Shown piece by piece: positions 1-12,300 of a DNA stretch of 64,000 nt; the stretch's first letter is position 1, and the number at the start of each line of letters is the position of its first letter. This stretch comes from Antedon mediterranea (lineage: Eukaryota; Animalia; Echinodermata): assembly GCF_964355755.1 (NCBI RefSeq), contig NC_092676.1:2795788-2859787 (forward strand), in the 5' to 3' direction. The notes under the pieces are model-generated. The model saw only the letters and a list, made by a program, of their open reading frames with translations. It was not told where the DNA came from and did not search any database. Made by a program: the position numbers and the translations under genes.

Positions 1-3000
1 GACTATGTATCTTGTCCTTGATACTAGATGCAGTAAACGTCGTAAAATACCAAGTTACTAGCTGAAAGGATAATTAAGAGTTATCTCCAAGAGAGTGCAA
101 AGGTAATCACATACTACATAAAAGTCTGGCTCCCTCATTGCACATAGTGCCCCAAAGTATAGCACCCTCACAACACATATTGTCAAAAGTCTGGCTCCCT
201 CATTGCACATAGTGCCCCAAAGTATAGCACCCTCACAACACATATTGTCAAAAGTCTGGCTCCCTCATTGCACATAGTGCCCCGAAGTATATAGCACCCT
301 CACAACACATATTGTCAAAAGTCTGGCTCCCTCATTGCACATAGTGCCCCGAAGTATATAGCACCCTCACAACACATATTGTCAAAAGTCTGGCTCCCTC
401 ATTGCACATAGTGCCCCGAAGTATATAGCACCCTCACAACACATATTGTCAAAAGTCTGGCACCTAATAGCACATTATTGCCCAAAACATGGCACCATCA
501 CAACACATGCCCAAAATAATGCAAAGTTATCAAAAACTCTGTAAAAAAATACACCACTTTCACAACACATTCAGAGCCTTAAAAATAAATTTACTCATGT
601 CCCTGATACTGACCTTTGACCAGAAAGTAGGATGTACTATAAAAAATGATTTGAGGTGTTTACGATATCTGTTGTCCACTAATTGATACACCTGTCTCAA
701 CCAGCTCATCTCCGGCTGGTTTTCGGAAGTACTTTGCGTGTGAAAATAAACTACGATATAATCCCTACTAACTATTGGATCCAGTACATGGATGAGATAT
801 AAAAGAACCTACAAAACAAAACAAATATGTTATTTGTAGGGAAAAAAACTATCATCCATATATTTTCTAATAATGTTAAAGATGTATTCTCCCCCAAAAA
901 ACTTAAAAATTAAAGATTAATAAAATCAGACTTTTAACAGGCCATTTTGGAGTTTTAATAAAGTTATTCACTTATAAATAAAGGCAAAATAAACAGTTAA
1001 TTTTAACCAAAAAATCATTGTCTGAAAAACAATGAAATATTTTTTGTTTTTAAATTACATTTTTTCTAAGGTAAATATATATATATTTTTTTTCGATCCA
1101 CTATTTATATGTGACATTCAAATGACATATTCAACAAAAATTGTTTTTTAAAATTATTTTTCAGGGGACAATATATATCTTTATTTATTCATTTCCCAAC
1201 CAACAGTGAGCTCATGGTTCACCACTTACAGGAGGGAACACAGACAAACACGTACATATACAACTTAGAGCTTAGAGCATCTAACTGCTGATAGGTGCAT
1301 TCAATATATTGGGAAGTGTACAACTTTTTACAATCTATATTACCTTATCCCTGTCTACATTTCCAGCTGGAAAGTTTTTTCCGACAATTACGACGATTGG
1401 ACGACCAAATATATCCACTCCGGTCTGGTAGATAAACCGATACGCTGCTAGTTCTGACAAATCATCACTACGTGCTTTGCGTAATAAACGCTCATATCTA
1501 TAAAAAATGTATTATTTATTAATATATTTATTTATAAAAATTAATTAAAACGTATTTGTCCACATTTAAGCTCCCCGCCAAAAAAAGTGTGATGTTCCCA
1601 AATAATGGTAGTGATATACCCAAATATGGTAGTGATAGGACATCATCCTGTCCATATATGAGCACATCACATTTTTTTGTTACATAAAGTCTGATAGTGT
1701 ATGCAAGACTTTAGTGAAAATATCATATTTATTTTATGTATCCAAAAAAAACTTTACACATATGCTTACCTTCTTCTTTGATCAGCGAATGTTTCTTCTG
1801 GACTCTGTGACTTTTGACCTTGTTTACGTGCAGAATCAGGATGTGTTTCCATAGCAGCAAAAGCATGCCTACCAACATGCATGTCATCAATATTGACATC
1901 CAGTTCTTCATTACAATCACCATTTTCTGAAAAAAAAAAAACCAAAAAAAAAAAAAACATCTCATAATCTGCTTTAAAAAGTTTTAAAGCTATGTCTACA
2001 CTATCAAACTTTATGTAACAACAACATTTTAGGTGCCCATATATGGACATGATATCACTATCATATTTTTGGGCACATCACACTTTTTTGGTCAAAACTA
2101 GTTTGATAGTGTAGACAGAGTTTAACTTTATTTACAAATATCAAAGTAGCAACAATTTATCTAATATTTTATCTTCAATTAACATACCAAAGTTCATTTT
2201 GGCTGGATTGTCCATGATGCGTATTTTCCTCTCGGCAATAACCGGTTCCCCGTATTCATTCCCAACATTTTCTGGCAGTAGATCACAAGCCCAGGATTCC
2301 TCATTCTCATTCCGGGGAAAATACAACGGCATTAGTTCTGCGTAAGAATCCTACCAAAGAGAAACAAATCACAAAATATCGTACTTAACAACCCTGCAGG
2401 GTGCATGGTAGCCTATTTTTCTTACTGATTCTTCTAAAAGATTCAACTAAAGATTCCCTATCACAAAGGGTGACAAAAAAAACCACATAATTTCCAGATA
2501 AATGATATTATTGGAGCTGTAGATATGTGGTTAATGCTCTTTGCTTCCACAAAGTTCGATCCTGACCTAGTTAGTGTCAGTATTTTAGCTTAAATTCACA
2601 CATGTTTTCTCCACTACTCTAAGCCTCAAATAAGACTTTGTTTACAAACATAATATAGTTTATCCGCCCTGTAATTGACAAGTTTTGCTGTTGAATTTGT
2701 TGGAATACAAACAGTCTACATATTCAATGCAGAAAGAGTTAATTTCAATACTTACTTCATTCATTCCGCTGATGACAAAGATTATTCTTTCAAACTCTCT
2801 TCCGTAGAATTCAAGGAATCGCCTTACAATCCCTAAAAAATGTTGGCAATCAAATTTACAATTGAAAACATACAACCACAACATCACTATACACCAACAG
2901 CACAAACATCATTGAAATGACTAAATCTCTGTCTACACTATCAAACTTCATGTGACAAAAAAATTGTGATGTGCCCATTATATGGACATAGTGATGTCAT

Positions 3001-5073
3001 ACCACTACCATATTTGGGCACATCAACCAGTTTGATAGTGTAGACAGAGCTTAATACTATGCTTTTGCATACTTAGGGCAATGTGTGTTCCATCTTCTGG
3101 TGGGTAACCTCGTTTCAGTGAGTGGATGGATGTTAATGCTAAACTTGATACATGGTTTTCTCTACAAAACATACAAAGAATCATTTAATCTATTAGAATG
3201 CAAATTAATAATTTGTTATACATATTTGTTCTACTGGCAGTTATTAAATTTAATTTCATGGTGATTGTAGAATTGTAGAGTGCACAGTGTAGGACCCCTT
3301 CATTGAGAAATCCCCATTCTAGGGAAATCCCTATTCTAGGAAAATCCATATTCTAGGGAAATTCCTATTATAGGGAAATTCCTATTCTAGGGAACACCAC
3401 TATTAAGGAGACACCATGCTTTGAAATAAAAAAAAGAGCAATATCTTTTTAACACTAAAGGCAATACATATTTCAACATACTTGCAAACCATTAATACAT
3501 TTCTATAGCAATTATAGAGGGCGCTCTCTGCTGCAGATTTGTATCGAATATTGAATCGTGGTCCAACTGTGTGTATAATATAGCGAGCTGGCAGATGATA
3601 TCCCTTGGTTATTTTAGCATCTCCAGTTCGACAACCTAAAAATTACGGAAACAGACGCTTTAATTAACGAATGATGTATGGCTGCATGAATCGGCCAAAT
3701 CGATATGCCAATATGAAATCATACACTACGATGTCCGAGTGTTTAGCGCATCAACACAATAATGCATTCTTCTAAATCGGCTTCAGACTCTTAAGCCCTG
3801 TCTACACTATGAAACTAGTATAATGTGCCCAAATATGGTAGTGATATGACATCATCATGTCCATTTATTGGCACATCAAATTTTTTTGTCACATAAAGTT
3901 TGATAGACAGAGCTTTAGTTAATTATGCAAGTGCTTTTTTTTTCATACCTCTTAATTGTTCGCATAATTCTTTTTGTAGATCTGGGCCTGCCTTGTCAAA
4001 TATTTCTTGACTAATGGGATTTTTGTCATTTAGTGTCTCATTGGTTGAATTCACTATTGCAATGGAGTTCAACCTGCATATGTTGCCTTCCCTGCAAGAT
4101 AAAACAGCACTCATTGTTAAAAAATATATGGGAAAAACAATGCTATCCGACTCTCTCATTGTTAAGAAATGGTATATGAAAGCCAGTGTTATCTGTCCTT
4201 CAAGTGGGTACTGTTAATGTATACAGTATATGTTTTTCACGCTGCTGCTCTAGCCCGCTACGTCAGAAGAGATAAATCATTCAGATATAAAGCAAGCAGC
4301 AGTTATAGTACTAGACACTGACATTTTTGCAAAAAATGATTCTCGACTATAATTTATAGGTACCACCTGTTGAATCAAAAAAACGTCTGGGAAAAGAGTC
4401 CAACGACAAATCCCAAAGCATTTCTGGTATTTATGAGTCCCATGATATTACTATAATTCGCTGTCAGATAATCATTGAATTATTATCAAAACAGTCCATT
4501 GAAGTTTTTGTTTGTAATAGGATACTTGAAGTATCTAGGCGTGATGAAGTGACCCCCAGACTTGACCTTAGCAATAACAATAAGCGAGCAGCGTTTTTTG
4601 TAAGAAATATTCTTGTTTAATATGTATTTTTAAAATTTGTTTTTATTCTGTACTTGTGTTATATTAGTAGTGTATCAAACAACACATTTACTGTGTTTTA
4701 TGAATATTGGACAATATACAGTTTTAAATTTTATCTAAATTCAATTTCAATAGATTAGTAGGAATGAATTAGTGACATTTTCGAATTCTAAAATGCAAGA
4801 TTATAAACCAAAAAAACTAAATCTGAAATACGCCTATAAAAAAGACACATGGGGGTGTCCCAAAGGAAAGATTCAAACTACAATACTGTAATAACATACT
4901 AATTTAAATTTTGATAATTCATACCAAAGTACAACTTTCTTATTTATATCAGGTCTGCAGGGAAATTTGGACGACCTCTGACATGTTGTCTTGTAAACAG
5001 GAACATCTGTGTCGGACCATTCTAGTAGGTTGGATACATCAACAGTATTGGTAGATGTCCCCAGTGGATCCAT
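1..5073 (-). CDS. GDAP2: Ganglioside-induced differentiation-associated protein 2 homolog (N-terminal macro domain, C-terminal CRAL-TRIO/BCH domain); 3' end lies outside the window
   Basis: Spliced minus-strand exons with GT-AG ends and consistent phase: 4925-5073 (MDPLG...KVVLW), 3949-4091 (EGNICRLNSIAIVNSTNETL), 3482-3635 (GCRTGDAKITKGYHLPARYIIHTVGPRF), 3073-3161, 2756-2832, 2188-2350 (MPLYFPR...GNEYGEPVIAER), 1770-1926, 1344-1497 (YERLLRKAR...GVDIFGRPIVV), 614-808 (YRKHLKSFFIVHPTFWSK), <1-61 (WYFTTFTASSIKDKI). The MDPLG start and these motifs are typical of GDAP2. Confidence 0.93.
118..465. repeat. Tandem repeat, 65-67 bp unit, about 5 copies (GDAP2 intron)
   Basis: CAACACATATTGTCAAAAGTCTGGCTCCCTCATTGCACATAGTGCCCC... 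repeated. Confidence 0.9.
2925..3051. mobile_element. PIF/Harbinger-type (Tourist-like) MITE, family A
   Basis: TIR AGCTCTGTCTACACTATCAAACT, TAA target duplication. Other copies at about 1569-1710, 1988-2122, 3794-3914, 7379-7519, 20065-20125 (partial), 20749-20954, 38026-38134, 39572-39735, 43484-43643, 43918-44034, 46524-46683, 49320-49605, 51067-51190, 56901-57029, 59234-60449. Confidence 0.8.
3794..3914. mobile_element. MITE family A copy
   Basis: Family TIRs with TTA/TTA flanks. Confidence 0.75.
4234..4612 (+). mobile_element. Dispersed repeat (~380 bp), unclassified
   Basis: Closely similar inverted copy at 57722-58106; short ACGCTGCT/AGCAGCGT inverted ends. Confidence 0.75.
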
Positions 5074-5709
5074 TCTATGACATGCCTCTCTTGAATGATT
5101 CTGTCTTATGTTTCGCTACTGCTGAGAAATATAATTTATTAAGGTAGATATACTGTAGTGTGACATACTCAAGGAAGGATGTGGTTTAATGTAAGGAAAT
5201 GACTTTTGAAAAAGGAAATAATTAAAAATAACACCTTTTAAAAATGATTAAAGATCATAACTGTGTGCTATTGCTTTTGTACATTTTATTTTATATACCG
5301 TAATAAAAAAAAAAAAAAAAAAATAACGTAAAATGCAGGGCCCCAATGGAAACCAGTTTTTAACTGTTTGGGCTACCCTGGGTAAATAAATGTAATAATA
5401 ATAATACTTTATAAATTTCTTGATTAATCTTATTTAATTGATATATACATTTGTTTATGTATATATCAAATTACTGGGACAAAACGACTCTTTATCATGT
5501 AGATAGCAAAAATACTGTTCATACCACACACCAAAATTCTTTGACAATACTGAATGCCTAACTAGGCATAGGTGGGTAAGGCCTACACTTACAGACATCA
5601 ACTGAATCGTGCGGCCATGTATCTTGATAACACAACTCAATGTAAGCTGTTGAAATCTTATTATTCTAAATCCACATTTATTGCTTTCGTAAACGCCTTA
5701 CAACCTTAC

Positions 5710-5856
5710 CTTTCCTCACTTTTGTCCCCCAAACTTTAGCCTGTCGTTTTTATGTTATTGTTCCAGATCCAGAGTTTCGTTTTCATGTGACTTGGAAGAC
5801 GCCCTCAATAGTTGCAGAGGAAATGGAAGTTTTTGGTTGATTCTGTAATTAAAACG
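5710..5856. promoter_or_regulatory. Short bidirectional promoter/first-exon region shared by GDAP2 and VPS18
   Basis: Minus-strand donor AAG|GTAAG (exon end 5710) and plus-strand donor ACG|GTGAGT (exon end 5856) face away from each other about 150 bp apart. They pair with acceptors just upstream of each ATG (about 5121 and 6297). A TCATGTGAC E-box lies at 5783-5791. Confidence 0.6.
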
Positions 5857-6320
5857 GTGAGTTGTTTACAATATTTGGTAGCCTAAATAGAACAAGCGGA
5901 AGAAAATGCATAAATATTAAACCTACTCATAATATTCAAAAGTTATTTGGACACTTTTGCAAGAGTCCAACTACCGATTTGGTGTAGGCCTAGGCTGTAA
6001 TTCATTTTATAAAGTTAGGCCTTGGCAGCTAGGCAGCAGAGTAGGCCAAGGTGGGAGTAGAAAAGAACTAGCCCAAGAAGCAACCAGTGCATTCAATGCG
6101 CCTGTCCACCTAGCTAGGTCTAGTAGGATATTGCTAGCTTAGAGGGCAAGAAACTATCTAGGCCTACTATGCAGTCTAACTACTACTCTGGGCCGGCCTA
6201 ATCAATCTCACTAATAATAAATATTACAATTACAACTTATGCTGTACAGCCTACAGGTATTGATTCTCAACAAATTGATTTGTAATTTATTTTGCAGAGG
6301 AATGCACCAAGAAAGAAACA

Positions 6321-9300
6321 ATGGCATCGTTACTTGAACAATATGAACAAGCAACTGCGAGGGCAGCCTCCTCGGTGCCTGTACGCGCGAACAAGACTAG
6401 TAATGAACCTGTAAGCTCAGAATTAAATAACATTATTTTTACACCATCGATTCGTCGCAACACATTGTCAAAAACAGTTTTACACAAACCCTTAAAACTC
6501 CAGTCCACTGCGTGTTGGGCAAATAAACACACTAATATATTAATTACCTCAAAACTATAATAATATTAGTAAGGGGTTAATCTTTTACTTGATATAAATA
6601 CAATAAAATATGCACCATTAACAAATTTTCTATTATTTTAATATTATTTACTATTTCGTAGATATCATCAGGTTTTGTGACAGCACGACTTGAGCCAGAA
6701 GAAGTGCGAATCTTTAATAAACAGCGAGTCAATTTCAAGTAAGATTTAAAAAAAACTTTCAATTTGCACCCTAGAACTACTTTATGCTATCTCATAAATT
6801 AAAAGAGCTCCATATTTTTCTAGAACTAGCGAGTTTATCCTAAATAATCAACTGCAGCACCTAGCTACACAACATCTCTTGATAACCTCACAAAAAAAAA
6901 AATCACTTTTTTATAGCTATATCTGAATTTTATTTACAGGCCTGAAAAACCAATAACAATGTTAACCGTTAACAACAACATTCTTGTGATGGCCATGACA
7001 AATAACAAGTTGCTACGTATTGACCTAGAGCATCCTGACCAACCGGATGGTAAGTAAAAAGTTATTAATTATATCTGTGGTAAGTGGGTAAACTTATGTG
7101 TATAATTATGAACACATTTCGAGTAATATGGTAACATTTTGTGAATCAAATTCTATTTTTTGTAGACATTGATGTGACCAAGAATAGTGATGATCAGGTG
7201 CATAAGATATTTCTGGATCCAAATGGTCGCCATCTTGTTGTCAGTATGAAAACTTCTCAAGATGTCTTCTACCTGTCAAAGAACTCAAAAAAAGCAAAAC
7301 CCATCCAGAAGATGAAGGTAATGCATAAATAGACAAAGGTTGCAGTATTCAATGAAGTTACGAATTGCTTTATGTAAAAGGTCTGTCTACACTATCAAAC
7401 TAGTTTAACAAAGAAAAGTATGACATGCCCAAATATGGTAGTGATATACTTAAATATGGTAGTAATATGACTCTTAATCATCATGTCCATGTATGACATT
7501 TGATAGTGTAGACAGAGCTTTATGATACAATATCATCAAAGGCTTCACATCTCTCTTTGCAACTGTTATCATCACAGTTGCTTATTTCAATTTTAAACAA
7601 ACCATCACAGAAATCTGGAGATAATTCATTCAGCAGTTTCAGTTTTAACAGGGTCATCCAGAGTGATAATTCTGGTTGATACCTTCTTTGGTGTCGCTGT
7701 GATTCCAAAGATCTTGTCAGGTTCTCCACTTTAGCTACTCCTGTCATGGGTCTTCCGACAAGACTGCTCATCTAGAATCAGGATTCAGTTTCCAGATAAC
7801 TCCTACCTTTTATGATGTCACCATCACCACTGTAGTAGTACTCAAGTACGTTCACTTCTCAGCAATACCATATGAAACATTTGATCATTTATTTCAAAGA
7901 AAACTTGATATACATAAGGATTACTTCACCATGAATAGGTGTTAAAATTGAAACATTGAAAAAATTGTGTAATAAAAGAAAATATAAATGAACAAAATAA
8001 AACTTTAACAAAAAAAATGAACATGAACATAAACTTAGTCTAATTTGCATAATGTAAGGATCCTAATAATATGAATATAAAACAAGGATCCTAATAAGGA
8101 TATGAATATAAAACTAATTTGCATAAAAGTTAAACACTGTATACTGTAAAGTTACTATACTTTCAGGGTTATCTCATTGATTCTGTTGGATGGAATAAAG
8201 CAAATTCAAGTGACAATCAAACAGGAGAGATACTGATGGGAACCAGTAGAGGTTAGTAAGGCAATCTAACAACAGGATTCTTAGCTCCAAAGATCAAAGT
8301 GTTTAGCTGTGGCTGCAACACAATTAGTTCCAAGCCGCTTAACCCTTAACTTTATCTGTTACTTTTCTTCCACCTAAAAAGCCATATGTTGCAGTTAGAA
8401 GTAAGGTAGTCTTGCATACTTTCAAATGACTCATTTTCTTTAATACTTGTTACAGGTTTAATTTTCGAGACTGAACTCCAGTCAGGAGAAGATAGCAGAT
8501 TTTTTTTACAGAGCGTGGAACAATATTGGAAACAGGTTGGTTCCAAGAAATATCAAACATATGAGGATTTGAAATCTTTGTTTAGTTAGTTAGTTTAGAT
8601 GTATTATGTTTGACAAGCTGTGTACCATATATTTGTCAGATCAAGAAGTATTTACTATTTAGAAAATTAAATAATTCTTCCATGGGTTTTAATTTTTTTT
8701 AGGTTTTTGATCTGGGAAAAGATGGTCCTGTATCAGTAACTGGTCTGGAGGTTGAGAGAATTCCATCAACTGTACACAATGAGAGAAGATATTTCATTAT
8801 GGCAACAACACCTGGGTAATTTACATATAGTATAACAACACCTGGATATTACAATTTTGTCTAGTTCACCTATGTAATTTACATAACACCTGGATAAATT
8901 ACATATAAACTAACTGGGCAATTTACATATAATATAAAAACACCTGGATATTACAATATATCTAACACTTATGTAATTTACATAACACCTGGATAAATTA
9001 CATATAATTTAACTAGGTAATTTACATATAAGCTAACAACACCTGGATATTACAATATATCTAACAACACCTATGTAATTTACATAATAATCTAACAACA
9101 CCTGGGTAATTTACATATAATCTAACTTGGTAATTTACATATGATTTACATTATATTTTGTAGACGCATGTATCAATTTATTGGTACTATCCCTAGTTCA
9201 GCCGAATCGCCAGTCTTTCAACACGTCTTCCAAAATTATGAAGATACCTTAGGTAAGTTTGTGATTTTACAGTCATAATAATGATGTTAAATTTAATATA

Positions 9301-12300
9301 GTACAAAATGCAGGATGCCTCTAAGCACTGAACAATCAACAGAAAAAAAAATTTAAAAAAATGTTGGATGAACTTCATGGTTTCAGGCAGAATAGATACA
9401 GAATTTGGTGAAAATCAGAGATAGGATTATACTCAGATTGCATGCAATGGAATTAACTAAAGTCTTGTGGCCATACTTATCTTAAATTAAGGGGTGGGAT
9501 TATATTTGAATATGGGATTGTATTCAGTCATATCTACTCTTGAATTCATAAAAATCACAAGATATCAAAAAAGAATTTTTATTTTTTTCACAGCTCCAAG
9601 TTTTTTAGAATTACCAGGCAGTTTTGGTTACAGTGACTTGGTGTTCTTTCATCCCAAATTCAGATCGCCACCTAAAACATTTGCTTGGATGACTGGTAAT
9701 AGTTTTTCTTCTTTTTAGATCTTTTTTAAAAATCTTATATTAATTTCATATAAAAAATTTATGAAATAAAATTTATCAAGGGATACAATTTCTTAGGAAT
9801 GTTAATTATAATTTGTTTAACTTTAATTCTAGGTCCAGGAGTCTATTATGGATCGTTTGACTATACCTTACAATCTAAAGACAACATTACAAAAAACGCC
9901 AGCTTGTTGCCGTTGGAAGAAAGTGAATCATCAGTGAAGCCATTAGCAGTTATATTGACAGAGTTTCATATTTTACTACTTTTTCCAGATAGGTAATGTT
10001 TCAGAGTTTCTAACTTTGAAAATTAAATATCAGGACACTTTATAAAACCATGACAAAACTATAGAGGGGGATATAGTTAAAAAATAAAATAAATATAAAC
10101 ATAGAGGGCGCTATTTAAAACAATCTTGCGCATCATCCTCATAGATAAAATAAATCCAAACATAGAGGGTGCTAATTAAACAATCTTTAGCATCATCTTT
10201 GATAATTGGTATACTTTACAAGCATTATACCAATATGCATTGTCGCGTATATGCGTATTTGGAGACTATTGTATCATAGGTAAAACAGTGCAATTTCAAA
10301 GAAAGAATAACTACAGTAATTTTGTGATATACATTCACAGGTTACGTGTTATGTGTGCGTTGAATGAGCAGCTTGTGGATGAAGATGTATACCAACCAGT
10401 AAGTAATCGATATTAATCAATAATTGGTATCAATAATCATGACCATCTGGAAGAATCTGAAACAGGCTAGTTGAGGCTAGGAGAAGTTTATTCGTTTTTG
10501 AATTTTAAAATTTGTTTATAAATAACTTTTATCTTGTTTATTTTTATCTAATAATCAAAGGAATAATAACTTGATAGATGAACTGATTGTAAATGATAAT
10601 TGATATTCGTGCAATATTGTTCAACTTCAATCTGTATTTTACTTTTTATATATTTCAATTTCATTATGTAAGAATAAACAATTTTTCAATAGATAATGCC
10701 AGAAAATAATTATTTATAATGATTTTGTCGTCAGAGATTTGGGAAACTATTAGGAGTTTGCAAGGATCGTATCAAGGGAACTATCTGGTCTTACACAAAT
10801 CAATCGGTTTTTAAATACAAAGTTACGAGGGAATCTAGGGACGTTTGGCGGATGTATCTTGACAAAGGAGAGTTTGATCTTGCTAAGGAATACTGCAAAG
10901 ACAATCGAGCTAATTTGGACCAAGTTTTGACCAAACAGGCACAGTTCTTCTTTGAGAATGGAAAGTAAGCAACGTTTTTAATTTGAATTTCTTCTTGGCT
11001 TAATACTGAACAATAAGGTTTATAGCAAATAGCTCGACTTCGTGAGGAACGTCATTGCACAAAGCATGATGGGAAGGGTTTGGAAACGAACGTCACAAGG
11101 CGTACGTACATGACATTTGCTCCCAAACCACACCCACTATGCGTCGCGCACGCTATTTGCGATAATAAATCTTATTTATTTTCCTCATAATTTCAAATAA
11201 TACTGAACAATCTATCTATGATTAATGTTACTAAAACGTTCTTAAATTTTAACTTAAATGAATTAATAAGTAATATAAACATAGATAGAAAAATGGTATT
11301 TTTTATTTCAGTTTTGAAAAGAGTGCAATGTACTTCGCACTAACGGAGCGTTCATTTGAAGAAATAGCTCTCAAGTTTATCGGGTCAAAACAAACCGATG
11401 CTCTGAAATCATTTCTTGAAAAGAAACTTAGTTCATTTAAAAGTCAGGTAAAATGAAAGAAATTAAAATTTATTGTACAGCATGTGTATTTGACTGTGTA
11501 TTGATTCATTCTCCACAAAAATCACCTATGAGTTTTATTTTATTTATTTTTATTTAATCGAAACCAACAGCGATAACCACCCCCACTAACAGGTTTGATA
11601 CAAACAAAGCCAGGACTGTTTAAAGCACCTTGATTGGTCCTAACATTGATCAAGGGCTTCTCTCGTCCAGTGCCCACCTTGACCAGAGGTCTGAGGCAGA
11701 TACTAGATGCAGGGGCTGCCATAAGAGTCAGCAATGCTGATTTCAAATACCTAACGGGACCCCAGATCCGTATACAGCACCCGTTATTCCCAGATGGTCT
11801 CCCATCCAAGCTCTAACTAGGCCCAGCATCGCTTAACTTCGGTGATCTGACGAGAACCGGTGTTTTCAATGTGGTAAAGCCGTATATTAAAAGCTGGTAA
11901 AATATTAAAAGAATGTAAATTGTAAATCATCTGTCTGTTGTTAAATCTATAGGACAAGACACAGATGACAATGTTGATAACGTGGCTAATTGAACTTTAT
12001 CTAAATCAACTTGGTGAACTAAAGGATACAAACGAGGACCGATACAATGAGGTCCATGAATACTTTCAGAAATTCCTTGCTCAAAGTAGAGTCATGGTAA
12101 GTATAAACAAAATCTATAAATAACTTCCCCTATACCTAATTACCTAAAAGAAGTGCAATACAAAAAAATCCCAACAATATTTTTCTAAAATTGTTTAATA
12201 TTATTACTTAAAATAATTCAATTTAATTTTAGGACTGTTTATCAAACAACAAGACTACTGTGTATGATCTAATAGCAAGTCATGGAGATATTGAAGATAT

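Noticed and set aside
11771-11884. Functional 5S rRNA gene
   Set aside because: Diverged ends, no oligo-T terminator, and fused to a repeated body with an A-rich tail; called as a SINE head
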